From Candidatus Marinacidobacterales bacterium (GTDB taxonomy: Bacteria > Acidobacteriota > Vicinamibacteria > Marinacidobacterales > DATDRI01): a stretch of DNA of 64,000 nucleotides. The stretch covers positions 2,464,001-2,528,000 of the forward strand of contig OZ245365.1 in NCBI GenBank assembly GCA_965226495.1, written 5' to 3'. Positions 9,463-19,161 of this stretch are shown here, piece after piece (within the stretch, counting starts at the first letter, position 1; the number at the start of each line of letters is the position of its first letter). The position numbers and the translations under genes are program-made. Below the pieces are notes generated by a model. That model was given only the letters and a program-made list of their open reading frames with translations. It had not been told where the DNA came from and searched no databases.

Positions 9463-10488
9463 TCAAGGTCGGCCGTTGATAGCAGTCTCGAGGTCAGCCA
9501 ATGTCTCCATCAGTTTGTCGAAATCGGGCGGCTCGTCGAAGAACATTTCGCTCATTTTTCCATAGTCCGCTCTCAGCTCTGCGGCCAGGCGATCATGGGG
9601 CACGAGCCTGAGGGTCCCCGGACGAGCCTCGTCGTACTTGGCCCAAGCCGAGCGAAAGAATCGACGTTTGTGCTCCGCTACTGCGAGGAGGAGGTCCAGG
9701 TCCCGCAATGCCCTCTCCCGTACGTCGCTAAGGGCGAGCATGGCGAGATCATAGTAATGTCGCGATTTTCGTTCATTAGCGCTCGCCTTCCCTACCCTAT
9801 GGTACTCGGCGTGCAAGATCGTAGCCTTCTCCCAAAATGTTCGCTCGGCCTCCAATGTATTGACCGAAGAGACAGCACGGCTAAAGGAGTCAGGGAACAC
9901 CTCAGCCGTGTACGGTCTGATTTCGTAAACCTGCGCAGGCCAATGATCCGACCGGGCTCCGAATTCGAGTTGCACCGCGGGCTCAACGTAGGAGGAGCTC
10001 CCAGGATCTACGGCTGAAGGTATTGCAGGATAAGAGAATACAACCAGAAGGGGCCGTTCGCTATCGATCTCCAGACGCCAGGAAGAGGAGTCTCCGAGCA
10101 CTTCTAAGAAGATCGACTTGAGGTTGGGTACAAGGCGGTCCCGCAAATAGGCGATCGCTTCGACTTGTAACTCGTCGAGGAGTCTTTCCGTTTCCTTCCC
10201 GCTAGGCGCATTCGCTGGGTCTCGCTCGTCCCGAAAACCGAAATCGTGGCGATCCAAAGACAAGTCGATGTCTTCAGAGAACCTATTGATGACTCCGAAG
10301 ACCTTCGAAAGTGAAGTTCCACCCTTGAACAATAGAGAGGGAGGTTCTTGCCGTTCCTGGAAGAGCTTGCTCAGTGTCCAGCAGACCCAAAAGTCTTTTT
10401 CGATGATCGCGTCATCAAGGTTGCGGCGATTGGCTGTTTCCCGGCAAAGCTCCGCACGCTCTTGAGCCGCGCGGGCTATCCCATCCAC
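9463..10488 (-). CDS. abiEii: AbiEii/AbiGii nucleotidyltransferase toxin (type IV TA)
   Basis: IEKDFWVCWTL, LFKGGTSLSK, RFSEDIDL, RTFWEKATILH, SRHYYD. Confidence 0.93.
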   Translation of the reverse strand: MDGIARAAQERAELCRETANRRNLDDAIIEKDFWVCWTLSKLFQERQEPPSLLFKGGTSLSKVFGVINRFSEDIDLSLDRHDFGFRDERDPANAPSGKETERLLDELQVEAIAYLRDRLVPNLKSIFLEVLGDSSSWRLEIDSERPLLVVFSYPAIPSAVDPGSSSYVEPAVQLEFGARSDHWPAQVYEIRPYTAEVFPDSFSRAVSSVNTLEAERTFWEKATILHAEYHRVGKASANERKSRHYYDLAMLALSDVRERALRDLDLLLAVAEHKRRFFRSAWAKYDEARPGTLRLVPHDRLAAELRADYGKMSEMFFDEPPDFDKLMETLADLETAINGRP

Positions 10489-10501
10489 ACGCTATTCCTT
10501 A

Positions 10502-11098
10502 TTAGGTGCCCGCAATTTGCCTGATCACCTCTCGTGTCCAGTCCGGAGCACGGGCTACATAACGCTTGAGGTCTTTTTTCTGCTGAGGGGACAAGACCTT
10601 CCGTAGTTTGATAATGGTGTCGTCTCGCACCTGGTCTTTCCCGAAGTAGCGCAAGGCCTGGAACACAGTTCCGGACGGCAGACCGGCACCAACCAGATTT
10701 CTCTTAGAAGCGTGGCGGAGTGAAATGCTCTGATTGCCAATCTTGATCGTTCGGGATGGGCCGTCCGTTAGATAGACAACCTTCGCCGGGACCTGATCCG
10801 TGAGGCCCAGAGTATTCGCTGCTCGAGCGCCTGTAATTTGAATCTTGCTGCCAGTTTGTCGAGCCATTGCCTGAGCAACAACGATGGGAGCGGGCGACAG
10901 CAACCCCAGGCTCTTGCTGGTTTTGGGGTAGTCATATAGCCCCCAATTGAGCCGGCGGATCACCCCCTTACGGGCGAGACGAGAGAGCGTCTGATCGACC
11001 GCAGCACGACTCCCGATATCAAGGAAGTCTTTGGCAGAAAACACACTTCCCCGTCCCTTGTGTTGGATCCGTTGAAGAAGGCTTTTGCTGACAGTCAC
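10502..11098 (-). CDS. DUF6088/AbiEi-like antitoxin
   Basis: GSVFSAKDFLDIGSRAAVDQTLSRL...GLYDYP...AANTLGLTDQVP; directly upstream of abiEii. Confidence 0.88.
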   Translation of the reverse strand: MTVSKSLLQRIQHKGRGSVFSAKDFLDIGSRAAVDQTLSRLARKGVIRRLNWGLYDYPKTSKSLGLLSPAPIVVAQAMARQTGSKIQITGARAANTLGLTDQVPAKVVYLTDGPSRTIKIGNQSISLRHASKRNLVGAGLPSGTVFQALRYFGKDQVRDDTIIKLRKVLSPQQKKDLKRYVARAPDWTREVIRQIAGT

Positions 11099-11112
11099 TT
11101 TCCTTGATCTCC

Positions 11113-11142
11113 TGTCAGAAATTATACCCTATATTTCTGACA
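11113..11142. promoter_or_regulatory. Perfect 10-bp inverted repeat, likely AbiEi operator
   Basis: TGTCAGAAAT-N10-ATTTCTGACA about 15 bp upstream of the antitoxin start; AbiEi proteins are known to autorepress via promoter inverted repeats. Confidence 0.65.
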
Positions 11143-11372
11143 AATGGAAGTCCAATCCTGCGGCCTTCCGCTGCAGTATAGATACTGGAGCTGAAGGAGT
11201 AAGCCCTCAGGTTAACCCATTCCTTGGCAACTACTTACGTCTGATTCTCGTCAACGGTAACCCAGTACTATGTAGACTACCGGGTTACCGTCATGCCAAG
11301 GTTCCAATGACCCCCGATCCTTAGGCCGGTCTCTTCCGACCATCATCAGTTACTTTAGCTCCCTCCCCCAAC

Positions 11373-13896
11373 GTGTTTTCACACTTCTGCGGTGCTCCAG
11401 GAAAAACAGGGCGAGTGGGAAGTCACTGGTGGCGTCGGATCAGAGCAGTTTACTCAATTCCTTTTCTTGAACAGTGTGCCCTTCACAACGTGGAGCTTAA
11501 ATTCCCCCACGCGAAGCACCGTCGCCTCGTCTGGGGCGAGGCCGACACTCTTCCATTTCAGCTCGCCCTATCGATCCAACCAGGATCCTACCGGCCTCAC
11601 GGCTCTGGGATGCCCATTCATGGGTTGACCAAGTCTCCTGGGGCCACCGTGTACGCCAACCGGAATCGACGTGGCTTTCAGCAGAATAGCTCGCGGGAGC
11701 TCCCAGGTCGCTCGTTATGGCCGACCGGAGCGTGTCAACAACATTGAGACACCCGGGAGCTGCATTTAGTGAGCCTCGATTGGTGTCAGGAGGCTCGTGA
11801 CGTGGTTTTTGTCCACGTCTGCCTGGATCGAGATCTCGTTACGTGGAGCGGAAAAAGGGGGGACCCCAGGTATGGACCACCCGGAGAAAGTGGTTCCTAG
11901 GCGATCCTCGCGCGTCTTTTTCTCAGGTGGAGGGTTGATCCAAGCCTGAGACGGCAAAACAGGGGGTTGAGGTCTTCCACGGACGAAGCGTTCGGGATGA
12001 GCCCGATGAGCGGCGAGGAGCGTGTGTCGGCGAGCCGCGTTGAGTTGTTCGGCGCGACCCTGATGAACGACGGCCGGTGTCATGAGACCGATTCCCGAGT
12101 GCCGGTGTTCGTAGTTGTAGTAGTCGAAGAAGTTGCGGGAGAACAGGCGAGCATCTTCGATGGAGCCGAAACGACGCGGGAACTGGGGGCAATACTTCAG
12201 CGTCTTGAACTGAGACTCGGAGTAGGGATTGTCGTTCGAGACGTGAGGTCGGGAGTGAGTCTTGGTCACGCCGAGATCGGCCAGGAGCAAGGCGACGGAC
12301 TTGCTTCGCATCGAGCTGCCCCGATCCGCGTGGATGGTGAGCTGGCCTGGTTCAATGCCTTGCTTGCGACAGCTCTCGCCGATGAGACGACGAGCGAGCT
12401 CGGCGCTTTCTCGGTGAGCCAGCATCCAGCCCGTCACGTAGCGGGAGAAGATGTCCAGGATGACGTAGAGGTAGTAGTAGGTCCACTTGACCGGACCACG
12501 AAGTTTCGTGATGTCCCACGACCAAACCTGGTTCGGGGTTTCGGCCAACAGCTCCGGCTTGCGGTAGTTCGGATGGCGCAGCTGGTTCCGGCGTTCTCGG
12601 ACTTCTCCGTGCTCCGACAATATCCGATACATCGTGCGGATCGAGCAGTAGTAGGTTCCCTCGTCCAGAAGCGTGGCCCACATTTCGGCGGGCGCCTTGT
12701 CGACAAACTGCTCGGAGTGCAAGGCGCCGAGCACCTGCTCTCGCTCGGTTTCGCCAAGGGCTCGGTGGGGCCGAGGGCGACGCTTCGGTCTGGACGTCAC
12801 CGGCCGACGACGACGATACAGCGTAGAACGAACGACTCCCAGGGCCTCACACGCTTCCGCTGTCTGTCCAATCCGTCCCGCCAGCTCCTCGGCCGCCGCC
12901 ATCAATCGTTCTCGTCGCTGTCGGGCGGATTCAGGGGGATCCCCAGGAGCTCGGAGGCTTTTTTTTGGATCTCGAGCATCGTCTCCACCCGAGCGAGGCG
13001 ACGCTTCAGTCGCGTGTTCTCGCGCGCGAGTTCCTTGACTCGAGGATCCTCGACCTTGCCCTTTCGTCCCCGCTTGATTGCGGCGAGCCCGACCCGGGAA
13101 TCGTTGACGGTACCGAGCGATCACCTCCCGACCCTTCTTCAGCCCTTGCTCGTAGCTGTTCGCATGGAACGACTCAAGGATGGCCCGATGTTCTCGAGGC
13201 GGTGCTTCTGGCAATCTCATCCCGCTGGCGACGCCAACTCGACAGGAGCGACGAGTACAGTCCTTCTCGACGCAGAAGCGCTCCCACATCGCCATCGCCC
13301 TTGCAGGCATCCGCTTCACGCAGTATCCGCAGCTTGTACTCCGCGGTAAAGCGTCGACGCTTCGCTTGTTCACTCACTTCGGGATCCGGGGCCACCACTG
13401 CTTCGCGGCGGGCGGGCTCTACAGTCGCCCTTCCGGCTCCTTCCGACCCCGCCAAGTTCGTCTTCTCAGTCAACAGACTCATTCATGATCCTCCTCCGCC
13501 TTCCACACTAATTTCAAGGGGCGGAGTGTCTCAAGCATGTTGGCACGGAGGGGACATCGAATTTGCTTACTATCCGGCAAGAACACCAACCAACTCGCCG
13601 TGAAAGAGACCAGGCTGCCCGACGGAGTTATTGTGACGGTAACGGATCTCGAACGCACCCTCGTAGATATCGTCGTACGGCCGGCCTATTCCGGAGGGAT
13701 TGCAAAAGTGCTGGAAGCCTACCGTGCTGCGTCGAAAAGGGTATCCGTTACGCGTCTTGCAACGCTGTTGACCCGACTCGACCACGCCTATCCCTATAGA
13801 CAGGCCGTCGGGTTCTGCCTAGAAGCAAGTGGCGGGTTTACGTCGAAAGAGCTCCAAAGAATGGCGTTTGCACTACCCTCGGCTGATCAACCGTAA
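11373..13896 (+). pseudogene. AbiEi-like antitoxin gene, degraded and split by IS3
   Basis: 5' part ...FQLALSIQPGSY...IHGLT...VYAN (to 11730); 3' part LLSGKNTNQL...VTDLERTLVDIVVRPAYSGG...YPYRQAVGF (13548-13896). Confidence 0.6.
11731..13547 (-). mobile_element. IS3-family element; orfA interrupted by a foreign insert of about 113 bp
   Basis: IRs CGTGTCAACAACATTGAGACAC / CGTGCCAACATGCTTGAGACAC, GAG duplicated on both flanks; orfA KRRRFTAEYKLRIL; orfB WSWDITKL, HADRGS, NPYSESQF. Confidence 0.92.
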
Positions 13897-14127
13897 GCGA
13901 TCCTCTAAGACCAAGGCTTCCGCACAGTGAAATGCTCGGGCAACAGACAGCGGGGCTTTAGAACGAGTACGGATTCGAGCTGCTCAACAAGTCCGACCGG
14001 GCCGGTGAGAGAACGGCATCTTCGCGCCCGGTGAAGCTGACGGTCGCCTTCGGCAACCGCTTTTGTTGGTCGAAAACCTGTTCGTGAAGAGATGCTCCCG
14101 TGTCTCAAGCGAACGCCTGGCTAGTTT

Positions 14128-14408
14128 GGCCTCATCCCACCAATACGATACCCAAAACCTTAAATTGACAAGCTGATCAGAAGGTCTGTATTCTACTTGT
14201 AACTCTAAAACCTTCCACACTCAATGAAAACCACGACTGACGGGAACGTGGACGTTAAGTGTCCTGACGAGGTGGAACTCCTCCGCGAGGCCCTCGACGA
14301 CCTCTCGGACTTGCCACATGGTTTGGCATCCGGTCTACTGGAGCTTCTCACTAATAAGGACGACAAACATCGCCCCACGTCGATACGTGAGCTCATCGAG
14401 GAGTTCGC
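14128..14408 (+). repeat. 281-bp imperfect repeat, copy 2
   Basis: Aligns with 6740-7020. Confidence 0.9.
14165..14194 (+). promoter_or_regulatory. Sigma70-like promoter of the defence operon
   Basis: TTGACA-N18-TATTCT, conserved in both repeat copies, about 30 bp upstream of the leader ORF. Confidence 0.55.
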
Positions 14409-14418
14409 TCGTGAGTGA
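14224..14418 (+). CDS. 64-aa helical leader protein coupled to the ATPase
   Basis: Overlaps the ATPase start (GTGAGTGA); reading frame conserved in the diverged copy at 6836. Confidence 0.65.
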   Translation: MKTTTDGNVDVKCPDEVELLREALDDLSDLPHGLASGLLELLTNKDDKHRPTSIRELIEEFARE

Positions 14419-16726
14419 GCGCCTGCATCGCCTCGCCATGAAGGCCTTCCGGGGTGTCCCTGGTGAGCTAGTTGTCGACTTTGGCGAAGGCCAAAGCATG
14501 GCGGTCTTCGGTGACAACGGCACTGGGAAGAGCACGATCGCGGATGCCCTCGAGTGGTATTTCACCGGGCAGATCGAGCTTCTAACTCACGAGGGGCGCC
14601 AACACGCCATCCGGAACGTGACGCATGGCGACGACGACGCTACGGTCGTTGAGGTCGCGACGAATGGCTCCTTGGGTGGTGAGATCACGTGCAAGGACGG
14701 GGCTGCCGCCAATATCTCTGAGTTATCACGGAGGGAAACTCTCCTCCTGCGCGGCCGGACCTTGGCGGATTTCATTAACAAGACCAAGTCGGAGAAGTGG
14801 AAAGCTTTGGCGGAGATTCTCGGCCTCGAGGAAATTGAAGGGCTCCGCCAGGATCTCCAGCGGGCACACAATGATCTTCGAAAGGATGCGAAGGCCGCCG
14901 AGACGGAATTCAAGGCTTGTTGCGAGAGTCTTGGTCTCTCAGCAAAGGAGTCAGCAGAAGATACTCTCCTTGCCAAGATACGAGAGGCTTGCGACAAAGT
15001 GGGCATTTCCCCACCGTCTTCGCTTCAGGACGTGGCCGACGAGACCTGGTACCCATCGGGTGCCTCCAACGGCAATCCATCAGATCGTGCGACGGGCGTT
15101 CAGGGGCTCAATACTGCACTGAAGAGTCTGCCGGCTCCGGCATTCGACATGTCAGCTGTCGAGGAGTGGAACGGACTGCTCTCTTCTGCTCAGGCGGCGG
15201 ACGTAGCACGGTTCCGCTTACTGAAGGAGGCGGATAACTTGCTGCAGAGCTCGCCCGACGGCTCGGCGTGCCCGCTCTGCGGTCAACCGATTCCAAGAGA
15301 GAAACTCGTCCTGCAGGTAAGAGAAGCCGTCACGGGACTTCAAGAAGCGGCTGAGGAGCTCGAGGGTCGAAGGAGTGACCTCCAGCATGTCATCGATGAG
15401 CTCTCGGATGCAGAAAGCCGGCGTCAGACACTTATGGAACGCGGCGGAGTGCTGGAGCTCTCCTTTGCGCAGCTGCCATCCGACCCGAGAGACGCAGTGC
15501 GCGCATCCCTTCGGGAAAGAAAGCCCGTCGATCCAGCCGCTCTTACGAACTTCGAGCAAAACCTCATCCAATGGGACGGCGCAGCAAGACAGCTATGCCA
15601 GGATGCATCTCCACCGTCGTCCGAGACAGAGCAGGATGCCATCCTGGAGCTCGCGAGTCTCTGCGAGAAATCAAAGGTGTGGACGCGGGCCAAAGGTAAC
15701 GCCGCGCGTCTGCAGAAGGCTAGAGGTTTTGCAGACAAAATCCTCAAGGCTTACCAGAAGCGGCAGAAAACCTACCTGTCCAAGATACTCAAAGAAATCT
15801 CCGGTCGCGTCGCCGATATCTACGAGAAACTCCATCCGGGCGAGGGTCTCACTGGGATCGCCGTAGAGCCCTGGACCGCCAAAGGCATTGAGTTGGCGAT
15901 CGACTTTCACGGCACGCGCCAGCGGCCACCTCACGGGGTTTTGAGCGAGTCCCATCTCAACTCGCTGGCTATCGCACTCTTTCTAGCGATGGCTGAAACC
16001 TTCAATCAGAAGTTGGGTTTTCTCGTTCTCGACGACGTCGTGAACAGCTTTGACCTCGAGCATCGCGGCCAGTTAGCAAGCCTTCTCGCCAACGAATTCT
16101 CCGACTGGCAGCTCATCGTCCTGACGCACGACCATCTGTTTTTTGAACAGCTTGTGCGGCGAGCCCCCGCCTGGAAGAAGCTTGAGTTCACGTCCTGGAG
16201 TCATGAGGAGGGTCCTCGGACGACTCGTTATGAAACCGGCGGGATGTTGGCCAAAGCGCGGAAGTGTCTCGAAGACGACGACCTGACCGGGGCCGCGACC
16301 AAGGCCCGACGAGCTCTAGAGGAATTGCTCCAGGAGGTCTGTCAGGGAATTGCTGCTCCCCTGCCCTTCCGCCGTGGTGCAGGCAACGACCGGAGGGAGA
16401 TCGTCGAGCTCTTTTCCGGGTTGCGTAGGGGCCTCGACAAGTACGCAAAGCAAATGTTTCGAGAATTGAAGCCTCTGCTCGCGGATCTGGAAGCGGATGT
16501 TCAAGTGGCCCTCAACGTTGAGGCACACGCTAGCCAAGGCAAAGCCGCGACTAGTGAGGTCAGAGTCGCGCTTGAGCGGATCGGGCAACTGGATGACGTT
16601 TGGTCGTGCCCCTCGTGCCAGACCCGAATCTGGCTCATCGGTACGCCACAGTCGGCGATGTGCAAGTGCGGAAAGGGTCGTTATCCACCGGTCCCGGTCC
16701 CCGAGGCCCAGTCTGCCAACAAATAG
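14411..16726 (+). CDS. Rad50/SMC-like ABC ATPase with zinc hook and C-terminal HEPN-like/Zn-ribbon domain (RloC-like architecture)
   Basis: Walker A GDNGTGKS, coiled coils around CPLC, LSESH signature, LVLDD Walker B, LTHD; tail ARRALEELL...LNVEAH...CPSC...CKC. GTG start at 14411. Confidence 0.8.
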   Translation: MSERLHRLAMKAFRGVPGELVVDFGEGQSMAVFGDNGTGKSTIADALEWYFTGQIELLTHEGRQHAIRNVTHGDDDATVVEVATNGSLGGEITCKDGAAANISELSRRETLLLRGRTLADFINKTKSEKWKALAEILGLEEIEGLRQDLQRAHNDLRKDAKAAETEFKACCESLGLSAKESAEDTLLAKIREACDKVGISPPSSLQDVADETWYPSGASNGNPSDRATGVQGLNTALKSLPAPAFDMSAVEEWNGLLSSAQAADVARFRLLKEADNLLQSSPDGSACPLCGQPIPREKLVLQVREAVTGLQEAAEELEGRRSDLQHVIDELSDAESRRQTLMERGGVLELSFAQLPSDPRDAVRASLRERKPVDPAALTNFEQNLIQWDGAARQLCQDASPPSSETEQDAILELASLCEKSKVWTRAKGNAARLQKARGFADKILKAYQKRQKTYLSKILKEISGRVADIYEKLHPGEGLTGIAVEPWTAKGIELAIDFHGTRQRPPHGVLSESHLNSLAIALFLAMAETFNQKLGFLVLDDVVNSFDLEHRGQLASLLANEFSDWQLIVLTHDHLFFEQLVRRAPAWKKLEFTSWSHEEGPRTTRYETGGMLAKARKCLEDDDLTGAATKARRALEELLQEVCQGIAAPLPFRRGAGNDRREIVELFSGLRRGLDKYAKQMFRELKPLLADLEADVQVALNVEAHASQGKAATSEVRVALERIGQLDDVWSCPSCQTRIWLIGTPQSAMCKCGKGRYPPVPVPEAQSANK

Positions 16727-16796
16727 ACGGTGCGTGTTGCAGGAGATGCACCGTTGACGCGAACTCTTCTTTTGTTGATGTCTTGAAGGAGGCGAA

Positions 16797-19106
16797 GTGC
16801 GAGCTGACCCACTAACGCTAACGGCGGTCTTTGGCAAGGACGTTCGGTACGTCGTCCCCATGTTTCAGCGACCATATGTTTGGAACATGAAGGAGCACTG
16901 GGAGCCTCTCTGGGATGACATTCGGGGTGTCACTGAGCGGGTAGAGGATGCCAGGGTAAAAGCGGCAGCAACGGGGGAACAAGACGCCGCACCACCACAC
17001 TTCCTTGGTGCTATCGTTCTGGAGCTGATGCACACCGGGAGTGGCGCGATCGAAACCCGCAGCGTGATTGACGGGCAGCAGCGTTTGACGACGCTACAAG
17101 TTTTCATCGCCGCCGCGAAGGCGACTGCTGACTCCTTCGGGCTGGAGCAACAGGGACGTCTCCTGGGCAAGCTCCTCCTAAACGATCCCGACCTAGTCCA
17201 TGAGCCCGACCATGAGTTCAAAGTCTGGCCGACAAACTCAGACCGCGACGCCTTCAGAGCCGTGATGGGCGAGGAGCCGCTGTCCGCGCTTCCCCAAACG
17301 GCGTCCATGAAGCTGGGGACAACGATGCAATACTTCAAGAGCGTCGTTGATACGTGGGCGCGTGAAGTACCTGAGGACGAGCGCGAGGCACGTTTCTCCG
17401 CGTTGGTGTCAACCCTGCGCGCGCATATCAAGGTGGTCGCGATTGACTTGGATCTAGAGGACAATGCTCAGGTCATCTTCGAAACCTTGAACGCGCGCGG
17501 AACGCCTCTGCAGGCAGCGGATCTGATCAAAAACCTGTTGTTCCAGCGCGCCGATAAAGAAGGGGCAACGGTCGACGTTCTCTACGAGAAGCACTGGGCG
17601 CCATTCGATCGGGAGTCGTGGCGACGAGAGGTCCGCCAGGGGCGGTTGATGCGGCCTACGCTCGATGTGTTTCTCAGCCACTGGCTTGCGATGGTGAAGG
17701 AGCATGAGACCCTCATTCACCAACTCTATCCAGCGCTCCGGGACTACGTGAACAGCTCAGGCTTGCGCGCCGCAGAAGTCATGGCGGATCTGTCGCGATC
17801 GTCTGGGATCTATCTCGAGATGCAGCAATACCCGCGGCGAAGCGCGGAGGGTCAGTTCTTCTATCGCCAAACCCTCATGGACACTACGACCACGGTGTCT
17901 CTTTTGTTGTACCTTTTCCGGCTTGGCGCAGACGAGTTCCTACCAGCACGCCGAGCAAAAGCACTCAAGGTTCTGGAAAGCTATCTCGTGCGCCGTATGC
18001 TGTGTCGGCTCACCGGGAAGTCCTACAACCAGATATTCCTCGCCCTCCTCGCCGAAGTGAAGAAACGACCGGCATCCGCTGATATCGTGTTCGTGGAGTT
18101 CTTTCAGCGCCAGGGAGGCGAGAGCCGATCATGGCCGACCGATGCCGAGGTCCGGGACAGCATCTCGTCGACGCCGCTGTACACGGCTCTTTCTAGAAGC
18201 CGCGTTCGGCTGGTTCTGGAAGCGCTTGAACAGGCGATGCGAACCGACCTCAGTGAGAACGCTCAAGCTGACTCGGTCCTCACCATCGAACATCTCCTTC
18301 CGCAAAACTGGAAGGAGCACTGGCCTTTGCCAGCCGATGTGGATCCGGAACTCGGCGCTGTAACCCGGGACAAAATCAAGCACACCCTGGGCAACCTGAC
18401 GCTGGTCACAGGCAAGCTCAACAGCGTGGAATCCAACCGTGGCTGGACGGAAAAGAAGGAAGCCCTTCGCGAACACAGCGTTCTGCGTATGAACTTGCGC
18501 CTCTTGAAGGATGACCCAGCCGCGTGGGACGAGCGATCGATCACGGCGCGTAGCGCGGAGCTCGCGGAGATGGTCCTGCAGCTATGGCCTGGCCCTGACT
18601 CAACCTTGTGGCAGCAAGCGCCGAGCGCCTCGACCCTCGCTAGTGGGCAAGAGCGCGTTGCTGAATCCCCGGCGCCGGTGACCTCATCGGTCAATGACGC
18701 GCCAAAAACGGCCGACGAGCTCGTCCGGATGGTGATTGAAACGCGCGCTCCTGTGGGCGTGGGGCGGATGCTCGCGGAGGCGCTCGTGGGCGAGCTACAG
18801 TCGTGGTCTGAAGTGCTCGCCAAACCCGGAGAGACCACGAAGACGGAGGATGGCCTGACGAACTACATCATGCTGCATCGTCGGAAGTCGGGCGTCGGGT
18901 CATTCCTTTACGTTCGGCCCAAGGCCGACCACGTGCGCCTCGACTTCCGGCTGCCTCGCGAGTACGCCGACGGTCACGCGCATGCCGTCGGGCGCGACGT
19001 ATCCGCTCGTAATATTTACCAAGTCCGGATGCGGCTGAAATCCTTGGACGATGTACCCGAGGCCCTTGATCTGGCGCGAGCCGCGTTCGAAAACGCGGGC
19101 GGCTAG
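16797..19106 (+). CDS. gmrSD: GmrSD-like modification-dependent restriction endonuclease (DUF262+DUF1524) with extra C-terminal domain
   Basis: PMFQRPYVW, IDGQQRLTT, IFETLNARG, TIEHLLPQ...LGNLTLV...LN. Confidence 0.9.
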   Translation: MRADPLTLTAVFGKDVRYVVPMFQRPYVWNMKEHWEPLWDDIRGVTERVEDARVKAAATGEQDAAPPHFLGAIVLELMHTGSGAIETRSVIDGQQRLTTLQVFIAAAKATADSFGLEQQGRLLGKLLLNDPDLVHEPDHEFKVWPTNSDRDAFRAVMGEEPLSALPQTASMKLGTTMQYFKSVVDTWAREVPEDEREARFSALVSTLRAHIKVVAIDLDLEDNAQVIFETLNARGTPLQAADLIKNLLFQRADKEGATVDVLYEKHWAPFDRESWRREVRQGRLMRPTLDVFLSHWLAMVKEHETLIHQLYPALRDYVNSSGLRAAEVMADLSRSSGIYLEMQQYPRRSAEGQFFYRQTLMDTTTTVSLLLYLFRLGADEFLPARRAKALKVLESYLVRRMLCRLTGKSYNQIFLALLAEVKKRPASADIVFVEFFQRQGGESRSWPTDAEVRDSISSTPLYTALSRSRVRLVLEALEQAMRTDLSENAQADSVLTIEHLLPQNWKEHWPLPADVDPELGAVTRDKIKHTLGNLTLVTGKLNSVESNRGWTEKKEALREHSVLRMNLRLLKDDPAAWDERSITARSAELAEMVLQLWPGPDSTLWQQAPSASTLASGQERVAESPAPVTSSVNDAPKTADELVRMVIETRAPVGVGRMLAEALVGELQSWSEVLAKPGETTKTEDGLTNYIMLHRRKSGVGSFLYVRPKADHVRLDFRLPREYADGHAHAVGRDVSARNIYQVRMRLKSLDDVPEALDLARAAFENAGG

Positions 19107-19161
19107 CAAGGGTCGGGCGCAGCCCGAACCCGAGGAATCACTGCAGAGATAGGAGAGCCAA

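Noticed and set aside
11349-11365. GTTACTTTAGCTCCCTC as an inverted arm
   Set aside because: Only the outer part matches and there is no core; cannot be separated from chance by eye
15691-15700. CAAAGGTAAC match to the outer arm of the palindrome family
   Set aside because: Inside the ATPase coding sequence and lacks the CCGAGT inner arm and core
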